Shown here piece by piece: positions 19,126 to 28,067 of a stretch of 64,000 nt of DNA. The stretch is from NCBI GenBank assembly GCA_030835025.1, contig JAUQWS010000109.1, forward strand, positions 61,847 to 125,846. The letters are read 5' to 3'. The position numbers and the translations under genes are program-made. Numbering within the stretch: the stretch's first letter is position 1; each line of letters opens with the position of its first letter. This stretch comes from Ignavibacteria bacterium. GTDB taxonomy: Bacteria > Bacteroidota > Ignavibacteria > Tepidaquicellales > OLB5. The notes beneath the pieces are model-generated. The model ran no database searches. It was not told the DNA's origin and saw only the letters and a program-made list of their open reading frames with translations.

Positions 19126-20397
19126 ATGCCGTCAAAATCTTTTTGCACGATTAATGGCTCTGCACTTTCATTTATTTTTTTGTTTACATTTCAAACCTCA
19201 TTTTCTCAATGGAGTGAACAAATCTCGGGAACGTCCTATCCGCTCTTATCAGTACATTTTATCGATGCTTCAACTGGTCTCATAGGAAGCAATTCAAGAG
19301 ATCTACAAGTATTTCTTGGAGGAGAGATCATAAGGACTACAAACGGTGGAAACAATTGGTCGAGAGTACTGCTTGATTCTGGTTTCAGGGTTAAGGATTT
19401 CTACTTCATTAATTCTTCAACCGGCTATGCCGTCGGAGGGCTTTATGCATTATCTGCAAATCTGTATAAGACCACTGACGCGGGATTTACATGGACTGAC
19501 ATTTCGCCAAACATTCAGAGCCATTTGTTCAATATTCAATTTACGAATGCAAGTACTATTTTTGCGGGTGGTACTCAGGGAGCATTTAAGACCACCAACT
19601 CCGGATTGAACTGGGAAGTAGTATTATCAATAGAACCAAATGGTTATTCGTGGGGTAAAATTTACTTCTTTGATGCAAATACCGGGATCTATACAGGCGA
19701 TACGGGCAAAATACACCGCACAACCAACGCCGGGGTTAACTGGACATCAACTCCGGTAAATTCTCAGAGGGTGGTAAGAGATTTTGCTCCTATCGATGCC
19801 AACTCCTGCATATTAGTTGGTGATTCTCTAATTCTAAGGACATTTGACAGGGGAGCAAGCTGGGTTAATATTTTACCTCCCCAAAACAGGCCTTTCTATG
19901 GTGTACAATTCGTCAATCCCACAACTGGTTATATGACTGGCCTGGTAAATGTATGGAAAAGCACGAACTCCGGATTGATCTGGTTTCCGATTCAGACAAC
20001 TCAATTTAAGAGTTTTTATTCAACATATTTTTTGAATTTGAATACAGGCTATGTTGTAGGTGATTCTGGTATTGTATACAAAACCACAACAGGGGGAGTT
20101 ATAGGCATCGAGCCCATTTCGACAGAGATCCCGAAAGAATATCTATTGTACCAGAATTATCCAAACCCATTCAATCCATCAACAAAAATCCGTTTTGCAG
20201 TACCAAAGGCAGCGTTTGTCATACTTTCGGTCTTCGATATGCTAGGCAGGGAAGTGGAGACTTTGGTAAATGAGGAGTTATCACCTGCTACATACGAGGT
20301 TAAATGGAATGTAGAGAAATACTCAAGTGGAATTTATTTCTATAGAATTGCAGCCGGTGAATTCTCTCAGGTCAAGAAGATGAGTGTAATAAAATAA
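19126..20397 (+). CDS. BNR/Ycf48-like beta-propeller protein with T9SS C-terminal sorting domain
   Basis: AAGGAGG RBS. Six repeats of the form TTN.G..W (TTNGGNNWSRV, TTDAGFTWTDI, TTNSGLNWEVV, TTNAGVNWTST, FDRGASWVNI, STNSGLIWFPI). The CTD starts near nt 20137 (YQNYPNPFNPSTKIRF...GIYFYRI...KKMSVIK). Confidence 0.7.
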   Translation: MPSKSFCTINGSALSFIFLFTFQTSFSQWSEQISGTSYPLLSVHFIDASTGLIGSNSRDLQVFLGGEIIRTTNGGNNWSRVLLDSGFRVKDFYFINSSTGYAVGGLYALSANLYKTTDAGFTWTDISPNIQSHLFNIQFTNASTIFAGGTQGAFKTTNSGLNWEVVLSIEPNGYSWGKIYFFDANTGIYTGDTGKIHRTTNAGVNWTSTPVNSQRVVRDFAPIDANSCILVGDSLILRTFDRGASWVNILPPQNRPFYGVQFVNPTTGYMTGLVNVWKSTNSGLIWFPIQTTQFKSFYSTYFLNLNTGYVVGDSGIVYKTTTGGVIGIEPISTEIPKEYLLYQNYPNPFNPSTKIRFAVPKAAFVILSVFDMLGREVETLVNEELSPATYEVKWNVEKYSSGIYFYRIAAGEFSQVKKMSVIK

Positions 20398-20425
20398 ATT
20401 AACCGCATCCTTACCTAGAAATAAG

Positions 20426-20457
20426 GAGCCGGTTGAGGAAAAGAACCGGCTCTTTTG
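20426..20457 (+). terminator. rho-independent terminator
   Basis: GAGCCGGTT / AACCGGCTC 9-bp stem with a 9-nt loop, followed by TTTTG. Begins 29 nt after the stop at 20397. Confidence 0.65.
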
Positions 20458-20784
20458 ATTCTTATTGAACCCGCACTGTTATGACACTAAAAAGTCTCAT
20501 ATGTATGGAAACGAAAACTTTCAAGCCTTAGTTTATACAATTAGACTTTATGCATTTGATTTTATACGTTAACTCTATAAATTTGCACTAAATCATACTG
20601 ACTGCATAGCATACAACTACCCGTTTTTGTAATTTTCTTTCAAATTTCGTTGATTTTTTAGCATTGAATTAACTGCAAAATTCAGTTAATCTTGCTGTTT
20701 GTTTTTGTCCCGTCCCAGTGGACCGGTTAATTTTACATTAAACTGAATATTTCCTGCATTTGCCGGAATATCAACCAATAATAT

Positions 20785-23700
20785 ATGATATCCAGAATCC
20801 TGTTATTGCTTTTTGTGATTGTTTCTTGTTCATTTTCACAGTTTGAACCGAATCCTGAGCTTGAATGGTTTACGATCGAAACGGAACATTTCTATGTTCA
20901 TTACCATAAAGGGACTGAAAGAACGGCTAATCTGACCGCAAAGATCGCCGAAGAGATCTACGGTCCTATCACTTCACTTTACAATTACAGGCCCTCTGAT
21001 AAGACTTCCTGGATAATCAACGATGAATCGGATATATCAAACGGAGCGACGGATTATTACGGCAACAGGATCGAGATAGCTGCCGTAGCCCTTGATTTTG
21101 ACCTAAGAGGCACACATAACTGGCTCAGAAACGTTATCACCCATGAATATACTCACGTAATACAGGTTCAGGCATCGATGAAATTCGGGACTAAATTTCC
21201 TTCGCTTTACCTGCAATATCTTGGATACGAAGATGAACAAAGGCCCGATGTGCTTTATGGTTATCCTAATACAATTGTTTCTTATCCAATATCAGGTGTT
21301 GGCGTACCGGCTTGGTTCGCAGAAGGTACCGCACAATACCAGCGCCAGCAGCTTGGATATGACACGTGGGATGCGCACAGGGATATGATACTTAGAATGA
21401 GAACGCTTGGAGATAACCTGTTAACTTGGGAAGAAATGGGGCAGTTTGCTTCGGTCACAACTTACAAGGCAGAATCAATTTATAATCAGGGTTATGGATT
21501 TGTAGGGTATATATCGGATAAATACGGCGAAGACAATCTTAGAAAAGTATCTGAAAATCTGGGAGACGTTATGCGTTTCCGGTCCGAAGGCGCGTTTGAT
21601 AAAGCGCTCGGCAAATCAGGTGACGATCTATATGATGAATGGAAAGCTTTCCTGAAGCAGGATTATAAGAACAGGGTAGAAAATATCAGGAAGGTGCATG
21701 TTGAAGGCGAAGAGATCGGTAAAGTTGGATTTGCGAATTATTATCCGCAATACTCGCCCGATGGTAAGAAACTTACATATCTTTCCAACAAAGAGTATGA
21801 TTACGGCTCAACTTCTATGTTCATTCATAACGTTAACGGAAAGAAGGACGACGATATTCTGATCACTGGAGTGAGTGGCAGTTATTCATGGTCACAGGAC
21901 GGAAAGAAGATAATTTTTTCAAGGAGAAATAAGCCTAATATTCACGACGCAATTGTGTATGATATTTATGAATATGAAATTGCCGGGGAGAAGGAAACTC
22001 AGCTTTCAAGCGGATTAAGGGCGCATGCCCCGGCTTATTCTTTTGACGGAGCTTACATTTGTTTTGTAATTAACAGAGATGGTACTCAGAACCTGTTCGT
22101 TTCCGCAAACCCAAAAGGGGAATTGATAGATAAGAAAAGCCTCAGGCAGGTTACCTCATTCACTAACGGTGAACAGATATATGCACCGAAATGGTCACCT
22201 GACGGCAAGCGCATTGTGTTTGACTACTCAAAGCATGATATGCGGCAGATCGCGGAAGTGAATCTTGAAAACAATGAACTGCGATTCATCTTTAGTGACC
22301 CGGCAATTGATTTCAGAAGTCCGGTTTACACCGCAAATGGTGAATCGATTGTGTTTGCATCTGACAGAACCGGAATATTCAATATTTACAAATATGATCT
22401 TATCAATGATGCAAGGATGTCCAAAGAAAGCAATGTTGTTTACATGGATCAATTGACAAATGTTCTTGGCGGTGCTTTTATGCCGGGTGTTGATAACAGC
22501 GGGAACCTTGCATTTGCAACTTGGCAATCCTCAGGATACAAAATAAACGAACTTAAGAGTTACGTTGTTCTTGATTCATTGATAGAAGAGAATAATGCAA
22601 ATTATAAGAGGCCCGATAGAGTCATTGAAAAATATGCGAATGAAAATGAGTCGAATTCCGGTGAATCAAAGAACAAATACAATTGGAGTCTGCTGAAGGA
22701 TTTTAGGGATGAAGATCCTGTTATAAAAAAATCAGGCACATATAATAATGTTGCAACACCGCTGTTTATTATCCCTGTCCTTAGACTTGATACTTATCAT
22801 AAGGATGCAAAATTCACTGACCATTTAAAGCCCGGACTGTATTTCTATTCACAGGATGTACTTGGGAGAATGGGAATTTTCGGAGGCGCATCACTGAACT
22901 TCAAGTTCGAGCGCGATTTGTTTCTGCAGTTTGATTATAATAATGGAGTTCCGTTTTTCAAGGATTTCTTCCTGAAAAAGCTTGGGTTCGTTCCGTCATT
23001 CAACCTTGCAGGCTACAATGTCACCAGGAAAACGGAAGCTGACCTTGTCGCAGGACTTGATACTATAGGAGTAGACGTTACTTATGACCTGCTTCAGTTT
23101 GAATTCAACATGGCATTCAAGATAATAAATGCCAATCATAACATGAAAGCAGGTTTTACATTCTCTTCATATTCTTCCAAGTTGAGCACATTCGTCATAC
23201 CTTCAATCAACAGGCAGGTTTCCGCATCGTCTACTAATTACTTTAAGGGAAGGGACCTTTCGCTGACATACTCTTACAGCGATTTCCTTCCAAACAAGAA
23301 TGATGATATTAATCCAATTGGCAGATATTTCAGGTTAAGATATGATTACGAGATAAACGATCTGAATCCCACGCTGGTAGTTGATGACCAGGGAAATGTA
23401 ACCGAAGAATTCACAAAGGCAAAATTCCACAGGCTCGAAGGCGATTTAATACAGGGTATCGGTCTATTCAACAATTCGCATTCACTGAGCCTCAGACTAA
23501 GAGGCGGTACAATATTCGGTCCTCAGCAGGATAACTTTTTTGATTTCTACGCAAGCGGCTTTCCCAATATGAAAGGCTATCCATTCTATGCGATCGGTGG
23601 CAACAGGTATGCAACTGCTAATTTGACATATAGATTTCCGCTTGCAACCGGGCTGGATTTCAAATTCCTGCAGTTCTACTTTGATAAGCTGTATTTCTCA

Positions 23701-23985
23701 GTTTATGGAGATTTCGGAAACGCATGGTACGGCAAAAACACCAAGATTAAGGACTTCAAAAAAGATATTGGTGTAGAACTGAGGTTATTGGCATTTTCGT
23801 ATTATGTTTATCCGACCGCTTTTGCATTTAACGCGGCCTACGGACTGGATGAATTCTCAAGGGTCTTTCCCACAACAACGAACCAGGAAAAAGTTGTTAC
23901 TTATGGCAAGGACTGGAAATTCTATTTCACCATGTTGTTCGGTTTCGACTTCCTTGTTGACGGATTAAATAAAATGAGATTTTAG
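20785..23985 (+). CDS. large outer-membrane fusion protein: gluzincin-like (Peptidase_MA-like) domain + TolB/PD40-like propeller + Omp85-like beta-barrel
   Basis: Signal peptide. HEYTH at aa 120-124 (nt 21142-21156) with downstream WFAEGTAQY. PD40-like repeats YSPDGKKLTYLS, WSQDGKKIIFS, WSPDGKRIVFD, YTANGESIVFASDR. C-terminal block GGTIFG..NMKGYPFYAIGGNRYATANLTYRFPL...SVYGDFGNAW and a terminal Phe. Confidence 0.65.
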   Translation: MISRILLLLFVIVSCSFSQFEPNPELEWFTIETEHFYVHYHKGTERTANLTAKIAEEIYGPITSLYNYRPSDKTSWIINDESDISNGATDYYGNRIEIAAVALDFDLRGTHNWLRNVITHEYTHVIQVQASMKFGTKFPSLYLQYLGYEDEQRPDVLYGYPNTIVSYPISGVGVPAWFAEGTAQYQRQQLGYDTWDAHRDMILRMRTLGDNLLTWEEMGQFASVTTYKAESIYNQGYGFVGYISDKYGEDNLRKVSENLGDVMRFRSEGAFDKALGKSGDDLYDEWKAFLKQDYKNRVENIRKVHVEGEEIGKVGFANYYPQYSPDGKKLTYLSNKEYDYGSTSMFIHNVNGKKDDDILITGVSGSYSWSQDGKKIIFSRRNKPNIHDAIVYDIYEYEIAGEKETQLSSGLRAHAPAYSFDGAYICFVINRDGTQNLFVSANPKGELIDKKSLRQVTSFTNGEQIYAPKWSPDGKRIVFDYSKHDMRQIAEVNLENNELRFIFSDPAIDFRSPVYTANGESIVFASDRTGIFNIYKYDLINDARMSKESNVVYMDQLTNVLGGAFMPGVDNSGNLAFATWQSSGYKINELKSYVVLDSLIEENNANYKRPDRVIEKYANENESNSGESKNKYNWSLLKDFRDEDPVIKKSGTYNNVATPLFIIPVLRLDTYHKDAKFTDHLKPGLYFYSQDVLGRMGIFGGASLNFKFERDLFLQFDYNNGVPFFKDFFLKKLGFVPSFNLAGYNVTRKTEADLVAGLDTIGVDVTYDLLQFEFNMAFKIINANHNMKAGFTFSSYSSKLSTFVIPSINRQVSASSTNYFKGRDLSLTYSYSDFLPNKNDDINPIGRYFRLRYDYEINDLNPTLVVDDQGNVTEEFTKAKFHRLEGDLIQGIGLFNNSHSLSLRLRGGTIFGPQQDNFFDFYASGFPNMKGYPFYAIGGNRYATANLTYRFPLATGLDFKFLQFYFDKLYFSVYGDFGNAWYGKNTKIKDFKKDIGVELRLLAFSYYVYPTAFAFNAAYGLDEFSRVFPTTTNQEKVVTYGKDWKFYFTMLFGFDFLVDGLNKMRF

Positions 23986-24060
23986 GCATCATCTCTTTTT
24001 ATAGAATGAATTTTAGCTTGAGCTTTAGCACAAGAGCAAAAGGATAGGTTTCAACAAACA

Positions 24061-24086
24061 AAAAAGGGGCAATCAGCCCCTTTTTT
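24061..24086. terminator. bidirectional rho-independent terminator between convergent genes
   Basis: AAAAA-GGGGC-AATCA-GCCCC-TTTTTT: a GC stem flanked by an A-run and a T-run. Confidence 0.7.
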
Positions 24087-24100
24087 CACTTATGAAATTC

Positions 24101-25444
24101 TTACTTCACCAGCATCATCTTCCTGGTTTCCTGGTAATCATCTGCAATGACTTCATAAAAGTAAACACCGCTTGGATAGTCTGTTCCGTCCCATTCATAT
24201 TGAATTGTATGAACGTAATTCATGTCATTATCGTATGCTACAAAAACACGCGGACCTTCGAAAGTTGTAATTCTTTTTCCTGTTGAGCTGTAAATATTCA
24301 ATGTTACACCAACCAGTTTATGCAATACAATAGGAATCGTTGTTTTTGGGTTGAACGGATTTGGGTAATTCTGCCTCAGTTCAAAAGAATACGGATAATT
24401 GTTTGGAGGAACGCTCGTTATCATATCAAGCCTGCCATATGTTATGCCTCCATTATTTCTTATAGCCCATACATTTCTCCCATTGCCGTTTATGTGTTCA
24501 TAAATGCCCTCTGCAGAAGTATATTTGATTTCCCAGTCCTGGCCGCCTCCTTTATCTGAATAATAGATCTTATCGCTGCTTCGTATGAAGAAGATCGGAC
24601 AACTGCTCAGGTTATCCTGGTTAATCCCGATAACCAGCCCGGTATTCAATATTCCGTTTATATTTCCTGAACCGGGTATATTCTCTAACTGCCATATTGA
24701 GCCATGATTTGTGCTGGAATACATGTTTTTTCCGCCGCAAATCAGTTCGGGAAAAGATGAAATTGAAATTACATTTTGTTCCGGTATATTCTGGCCGGTC
24801 CAGGTAATTCCGCTATTTGAAGATTGATAGATCATGTAATTGTTCGTTCCGAACCACATTTTGCCTGACGATGGTTGTATGCTAAAGGAATTCGGGTATC
24901 CTGTTTCACCACCCGATTGGGGAAGGAACGTTCCGGAAGAGTCCCAATGCTCTCCCAGGTCAGTACTTCTCCAGATTGACCACCTTCCTCCCACGGGATT
25001 GCCGATGAACATACAGTATAACGGGTCTATCACCCTTACGATCTTCGTTTCTCCCGATTGCTGTGTAAACACCCGGTACCAGGAGACACCGCCGTTTGTC
25101 GTTCTGTATACAGCTGCACCCTCGTTTGTGTTGCCGCCTGTTATAAGAATATTTGTGCTGACATTTGAAACAGAAACGAGGTTAATATCAGAGGGAAGTC
25201 CGATACCGCTAATGTTTATCCAGTTAATACCCGCGTTGGTAGTTCTCAAAACAACTCCGCCGCTGCCGCAGATAAATGCCGTGTTAACATCATTGTATTG
25301 GCCCGCCGATATACAATTCAGTTTTGAATTTACTCCGGAAACCTGTTCTGACCAATTGACAGTAAATTCGTAACTGCTATTTACGTTTTGAGAATATAGT
25401 TGAAAGGCAATGAACTGAAGGGCAATCCAAACTGCTGACCGCAT
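24101..25444 (-). CDS. BNR/Ycf48-like beta-propeller protein with T9SS C-terminal sorting domain
   Basis: Signal peptide. Repeats TTNAGINWINI, TTNGGVSWYRV, STDLGEHWDSS, SSNSGITWTGQ, STNHGSIWQLE. CTD is RQNYPNPFNPKTTIPI...GVYFYEV...RKMMLVK. Confidence 0.7.
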   Translation of the reverse strand: MRSAVWIALQFIAFQLYSQNVNSSYEFTVNWSEQVSGVNSKLNCISAGQYNDVNTAFICGSGGVVLRTTNAGINWINISGIGLPSDINLVSVSNVSTNILITGGNTNEGAAVYRTTNGGVSWYRVFTQQSGETKIVRVIDPLYCMFIGNPVGGRWSIWRSTDLGEHWDSSGTFLPQSGGETGYPNSFSIQPSSGKMWFGTNNYMIYQSSNSGITWTGQNIPEQNVISISSFPELICGGKNMYSSTNHGSIWQLENIPGSGNINGILNTGLVIGINQDNLSSCPIFFIRSSDKIYYSDKGGGQDWEIKYTSAEGIYEHINGNGRNVWAIRNNGGITYGRLDMITSVPPNNYPYSFELRQNYPNPFNPKTTIPIVLHKLVGVTLNIYSSTGKRITTFEGPRVFVAYDNDMNYVHTIQYEWDGTDYPSGVYFYEVIADDYQETRKMMLVK

Positions 25445-25563
25445 ATAAACCTCCTAAGGATAACTATGCAAATATAAGGAGCATTATTCGAGTTTTATAT
25501 GCAAAAAAGAGAAATGATATTCGGATTCCGGTTACCGTGTCAGTACCGGAACCCTTAAATTGA

Positions 25564-26196
25564 TCACTTTATCAGGATCATTCTTTTTGTATCCATAAAT
25601 GTACCGGCTTCAAGTCTGTAAAAGTAAATACCGCTTGGGTAGTCCGACGCATTCCAATCAGCAACGTAGCTGCCGGCATTTAATTGACCGCTGGTTAAGA
25701 CTTCAACTTCCTGACCGAGTAAATTCAAAACGGTGAGCTTAACAAAAGCGGAATGAGGAATACCAAATCTTATCTCAGTTGATGGATTAAAAGGATTGGG
25801 ATAATTCTGTTCAAGGCTGAAACTTGTTGGAACTTCTCCCTGAATTGGAGTGATGCCGATAACATTTGCTGTAATGAATCCCTCCATACCGGGGAAGTGT
25901 GGGGTGCATTTGTAATGAAAGCTCCCTGGTACTGCTATTACGTAAATGAAAGACTGTGAAGAAATGCTCAATATTTGGTCCCAGGGTGCTGCTCCCGCAG
26001 GTATGGTCAATGAAGTTGTCGTATGATCTCCGTTTTGCCATTGCCATTTTACAGTATCACCAACAAGTACATTTGGCAGATTAACCGGACTGAATGAGAA
26101 GTTTGCGGTATTTACAACCCACGTTGTACTGAAGGAACAATTGTTGAAAAACATAATAAGCGAAGCCAGAATGAATGATCTGAAAAAAATGGACAT
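25564..26196 (-). CDS. type-1 (blue) copper cupredoxin with T9SS C-terminal sorting domain
   Basis: VGDTVKWQWQNGDHTTTS ... FHYKCTPHFPGMEG supplies a His/Cys/His/Met ligand set. It is followed by EQNYPNPFNPSTEIRF...GIYFYRL...KRMILIK. Confidence 0.75.
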   Translation of the reverse strand: MSIFFRSFILASLIMFFNNCSFSTTWVVNTANFSFSPVNLPNVLVGDTVKWQWQNGDHTTTSLTIPAGAAPWDQILSISSQSFIYVIAVPGSFHYKCTPHFPGMEGFITANVIGITPIQGEVPTSFSLEQNYPNPFNPSTEIRFGIPHSAFVKLTVLNLLGQEVEVLTSGQLNAGSYVADWNASDYPSGIYFYRLEAGTFMDTKRMILIK

Positions 26197-26262
26197 GATG
26201 GTCTCCTTCTTTGAGTTATAATGGTAAATCCGGGCTCAGTCAATTTGGTTCCGCAATAATGT

Positions 26263-26289
26263 ACAAATAGTAGTTCAGTTTAACTACTA
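26263..26289 (-). terminator. possible terminator downstream of the LOG gene (weak U-tract)
   Basis: TAGTAGTT / AACTACTA 8-bp stem with a 6-nt loop. On the minus strand it is followed only by TTTGT. Confidence 0.35.
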
Positions 26290-26369
26290 CAGAATACATC
26301 GCCAGAATTCGAATTATCTAACCATTGTAATTTTAGAAAAGGAAAGAGGTGAAGATATGTAGCTGAGTG

Positions 26370-26888
26370 TTAGATAAGGTCAGCAATCTCTTCGGGTGAA
26401 TTAACAAATCTAACATGTTTCCGTATCATTTCCCTCAAGCCTTCAGAATCCTGTTCAAGAGTCCTTATCATATCTTTCCAGAAATCTGTGTAAAAGATGA
26501 GGAGTTTTTCTCCCATTGCTTTCTTATTCATCATTTCAAGGGCTACAGAAATTTCAACCAGCGTACCGGTTCCTCCTTTGAAGATAATGTATGCGTCGGC
26601 AAGCCCTATAAGCTCCACGATTCTCTCCATTAAGTTACGCATTTTGACTTCTTCATCTACATAATCATTTGGGATCGATTTCCATTCTTTAACGGTAACT
26701 CCAATGGTCTTGCCGCCCGCGCTTTTAGCTCCTTTGCATATGGCTTCCATTGAACCGTAATAACCGCCTGAACAGATTGTGTATCCTTTTTCAGCTATTA
26801 CTTTACCGATTGATTCGATCTCGGTGTATAACTCCTCTTCAGGTTTGATGAAAGCTGAACCAAATGACGTGATTATTCTGTTTGACAT
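26370..26888 (-). CDS. LOG-family (TIGR00725-like) Rossmann-fold nucleotide-binding protein
   Basis: SGGYYGSMEA and KGGTGTLVE correspond to the GGGxGxMG and PGGxGTxxE motifs of LOG/lysine-decarboxylase-like proteins. Confidence 0.7.
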   Translation of the reverse strand: MSNRIITSFGSAFIKPEEELYTEIESIGKVIAEKGYTICSGGYYGSMEAICKGAKSAGGKTIGVTVKEWKSIPNDYVDEEVKMRNLMERIVELIGLADAYIIFKGGTGTLVEISVALEMMNKKAMGEKLLIFYTDFWKDMIRTLEQDSEGLREMIRKHVRFVNSPEEIADLI

Positions 26889-26909
26889 GGGGATTTAAGA
26901 ATTGACCGG

Positions 26910-27476
26910 TCAATCTTCCGGCGGTTCATAACAATTTCTGCATCTTGCTTCGTAAAGATCTGTAGCACCAACAAGAACTCTGTCTCCGGTGTTACTTATT
27001 CGCTGCGTCCTGTTTGCAGGAGCACCGCATTTTACACATACAGCAAGAGTTTTAGTGATGTATTCTGCGATTGCGAGCAATTGGGGAATGGGTTCAAACG
27101 GTATTGCACGATAATCCGTATCAAGTCCGGCAATTATGACCCTTTTTCCTTCATATGCAAGCTTCTGAGCAACTTCAACAAGGTAGGTATCAAAGAATTG
27201 AGCTTCATCAATTCCTATTACATCAGCCTCCGCAGAGAAAAGGAGTATTTGTTCGGCAGTTTCTACAACTGTTGAAGGTATTTTTTGCTCGTTGTGTGAC
27301 ACTATTTCGCTTTCGCTGTATCTGTTATCTATCTTGGGTTTGAATATCTCAACCCTCTGCCTGGCTATTTGTGCTCGCCTTAATCTTCTTATAAGTTCTT
27401 CGGTCTTTCCACTGAACATTGAGCCGCAAATCACTTCTATCTGGCCCGCCATCTTTCTGTTCTCAGCATCGTTCAT
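26910..27476 (-). CDS. tdk: thymidine kinase
   Basis: P-loop [23 protein letters not shown], and C-terminal zinc ribbon CVKCGAPA...ARCRNC. Confidence 0.9.
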   Translation of the reverse strand: MNDAENRKMAGQIEVICGSMFSGKTEELIRRLRRAQIARQRVEIFKPKIDNRYSESEIVSHNEQKIPSTVVETAEQILLFSAEADVIGIDEAQFFDTYLVEVAQKLAYEGKRVIIAGLDTDYRAIPFEPIPQLLAIAEYITKTLAVCVKCGAPANRTQRISNTGDRVLVGATDLYEARCRNCYEPPED

Positions 27477-27485
27477 ATAACGTGA

Positions 27486-27878
27486 TTATAGCTTAAAATA
27501 ATTAGGCATTATTTCTTTTAAAATAAAGCGTTTAATCTCCTTATCTGAAGTGATTAGTATTACCTCAAGTTCAGGATTAAACTCCATCATCGCTTGCCTG
27601 CAGAGACCACAGGGATACTTGAATTTCCTCGAGCTGGTTGCAATAGCGATTTTTACAAAGTCTTTTTCACCCCCGGAAACTGCGTTAAAAATTGCAGCTC
27701 TTTCAGCGCATACAGTAAGCGAAAATGCATCAAATTCTACATTCGTGCCGGGATATATACCCCCTGAAGTTGTGAGTATTGCAGCACCGACTCTGAACCC
27801 GGAATGAGGCGAATGAGAGTTCTTCAGTGCATCCAGGGCTGATTTTATCAATGCTTTGTCGCTCGTTTTTGCAGTCAT
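27486..27878 (-). CDS. cdd: cytidine deaminase
   Basis: 130 aa with zinc ligand motifs CAERAAI and PCGLCRQ. Confidence 0.9.
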   Translation of the reverse strand: MTAKTSDKALIKSALDALKNSHSPHSGFRVGAAILTTSGGIYPGTNVEFDAFSLTVCAERAAIFNAVSGGEKDFVKIAIATSSRKFKYPCGLCRQAMMEFNPELEVILITSDKEIKRFILKEIMPNYFKL

Positions 27879-28067
27879 GTAATGTAAATATAAAAAGCTG
27901 AATTGATATAAAATACATATTTAATTATCTTTTGAAGATGAAATGTTAATCTATGGATATGAACCGTGTAACCAAACCTGTTGCCGTGAAGTCTCCATAA
28001 TGAGATGTGTAAGTAAGAGTTGTGGCAGGGAATGATCATTACCAGATTACAATAATTAATTGATTGG

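Noticed and set aside
20137-20397. Recurring NYPNPFNP-encoding segments at six places in the window, considered as a dispersed DNA repeat or CRISPR-like array
   Set aside because: They are the conserved heads of T9SS C-terminal sorting domains inside long ORFs. They are not regularly spaced and are conserved at the protein level rather than the DNA level. No CRISPR array is present.
24840-25373. 177-aa plus-strand ORF
   Set aside because: It is antisense to the BNR/T9SS cargo gene 24101-25444, whose repeats and CTD are convincing. It has no recognisable features of its own.
25520-25555. Hairpin TTCCGGT...ACCGGAA downstream of the cupredoxin gene, considered as a terminator
   Set aside because: The stem is 7 bp with a 12-nt loop. 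The only T-run on the relevant strand is about 17 nt away, so it is not convincing as an intrinsic terminator.
26370-26888. LOG/SLOG-type protein considered as a nucleotide-signalling defence effector
   Set aside because: It is tightly linked to cdd and tdk, which are salvage genes. No cyclase, TIR, sensor or effector genes are nearby, so a metabolic role is more parsimonious.
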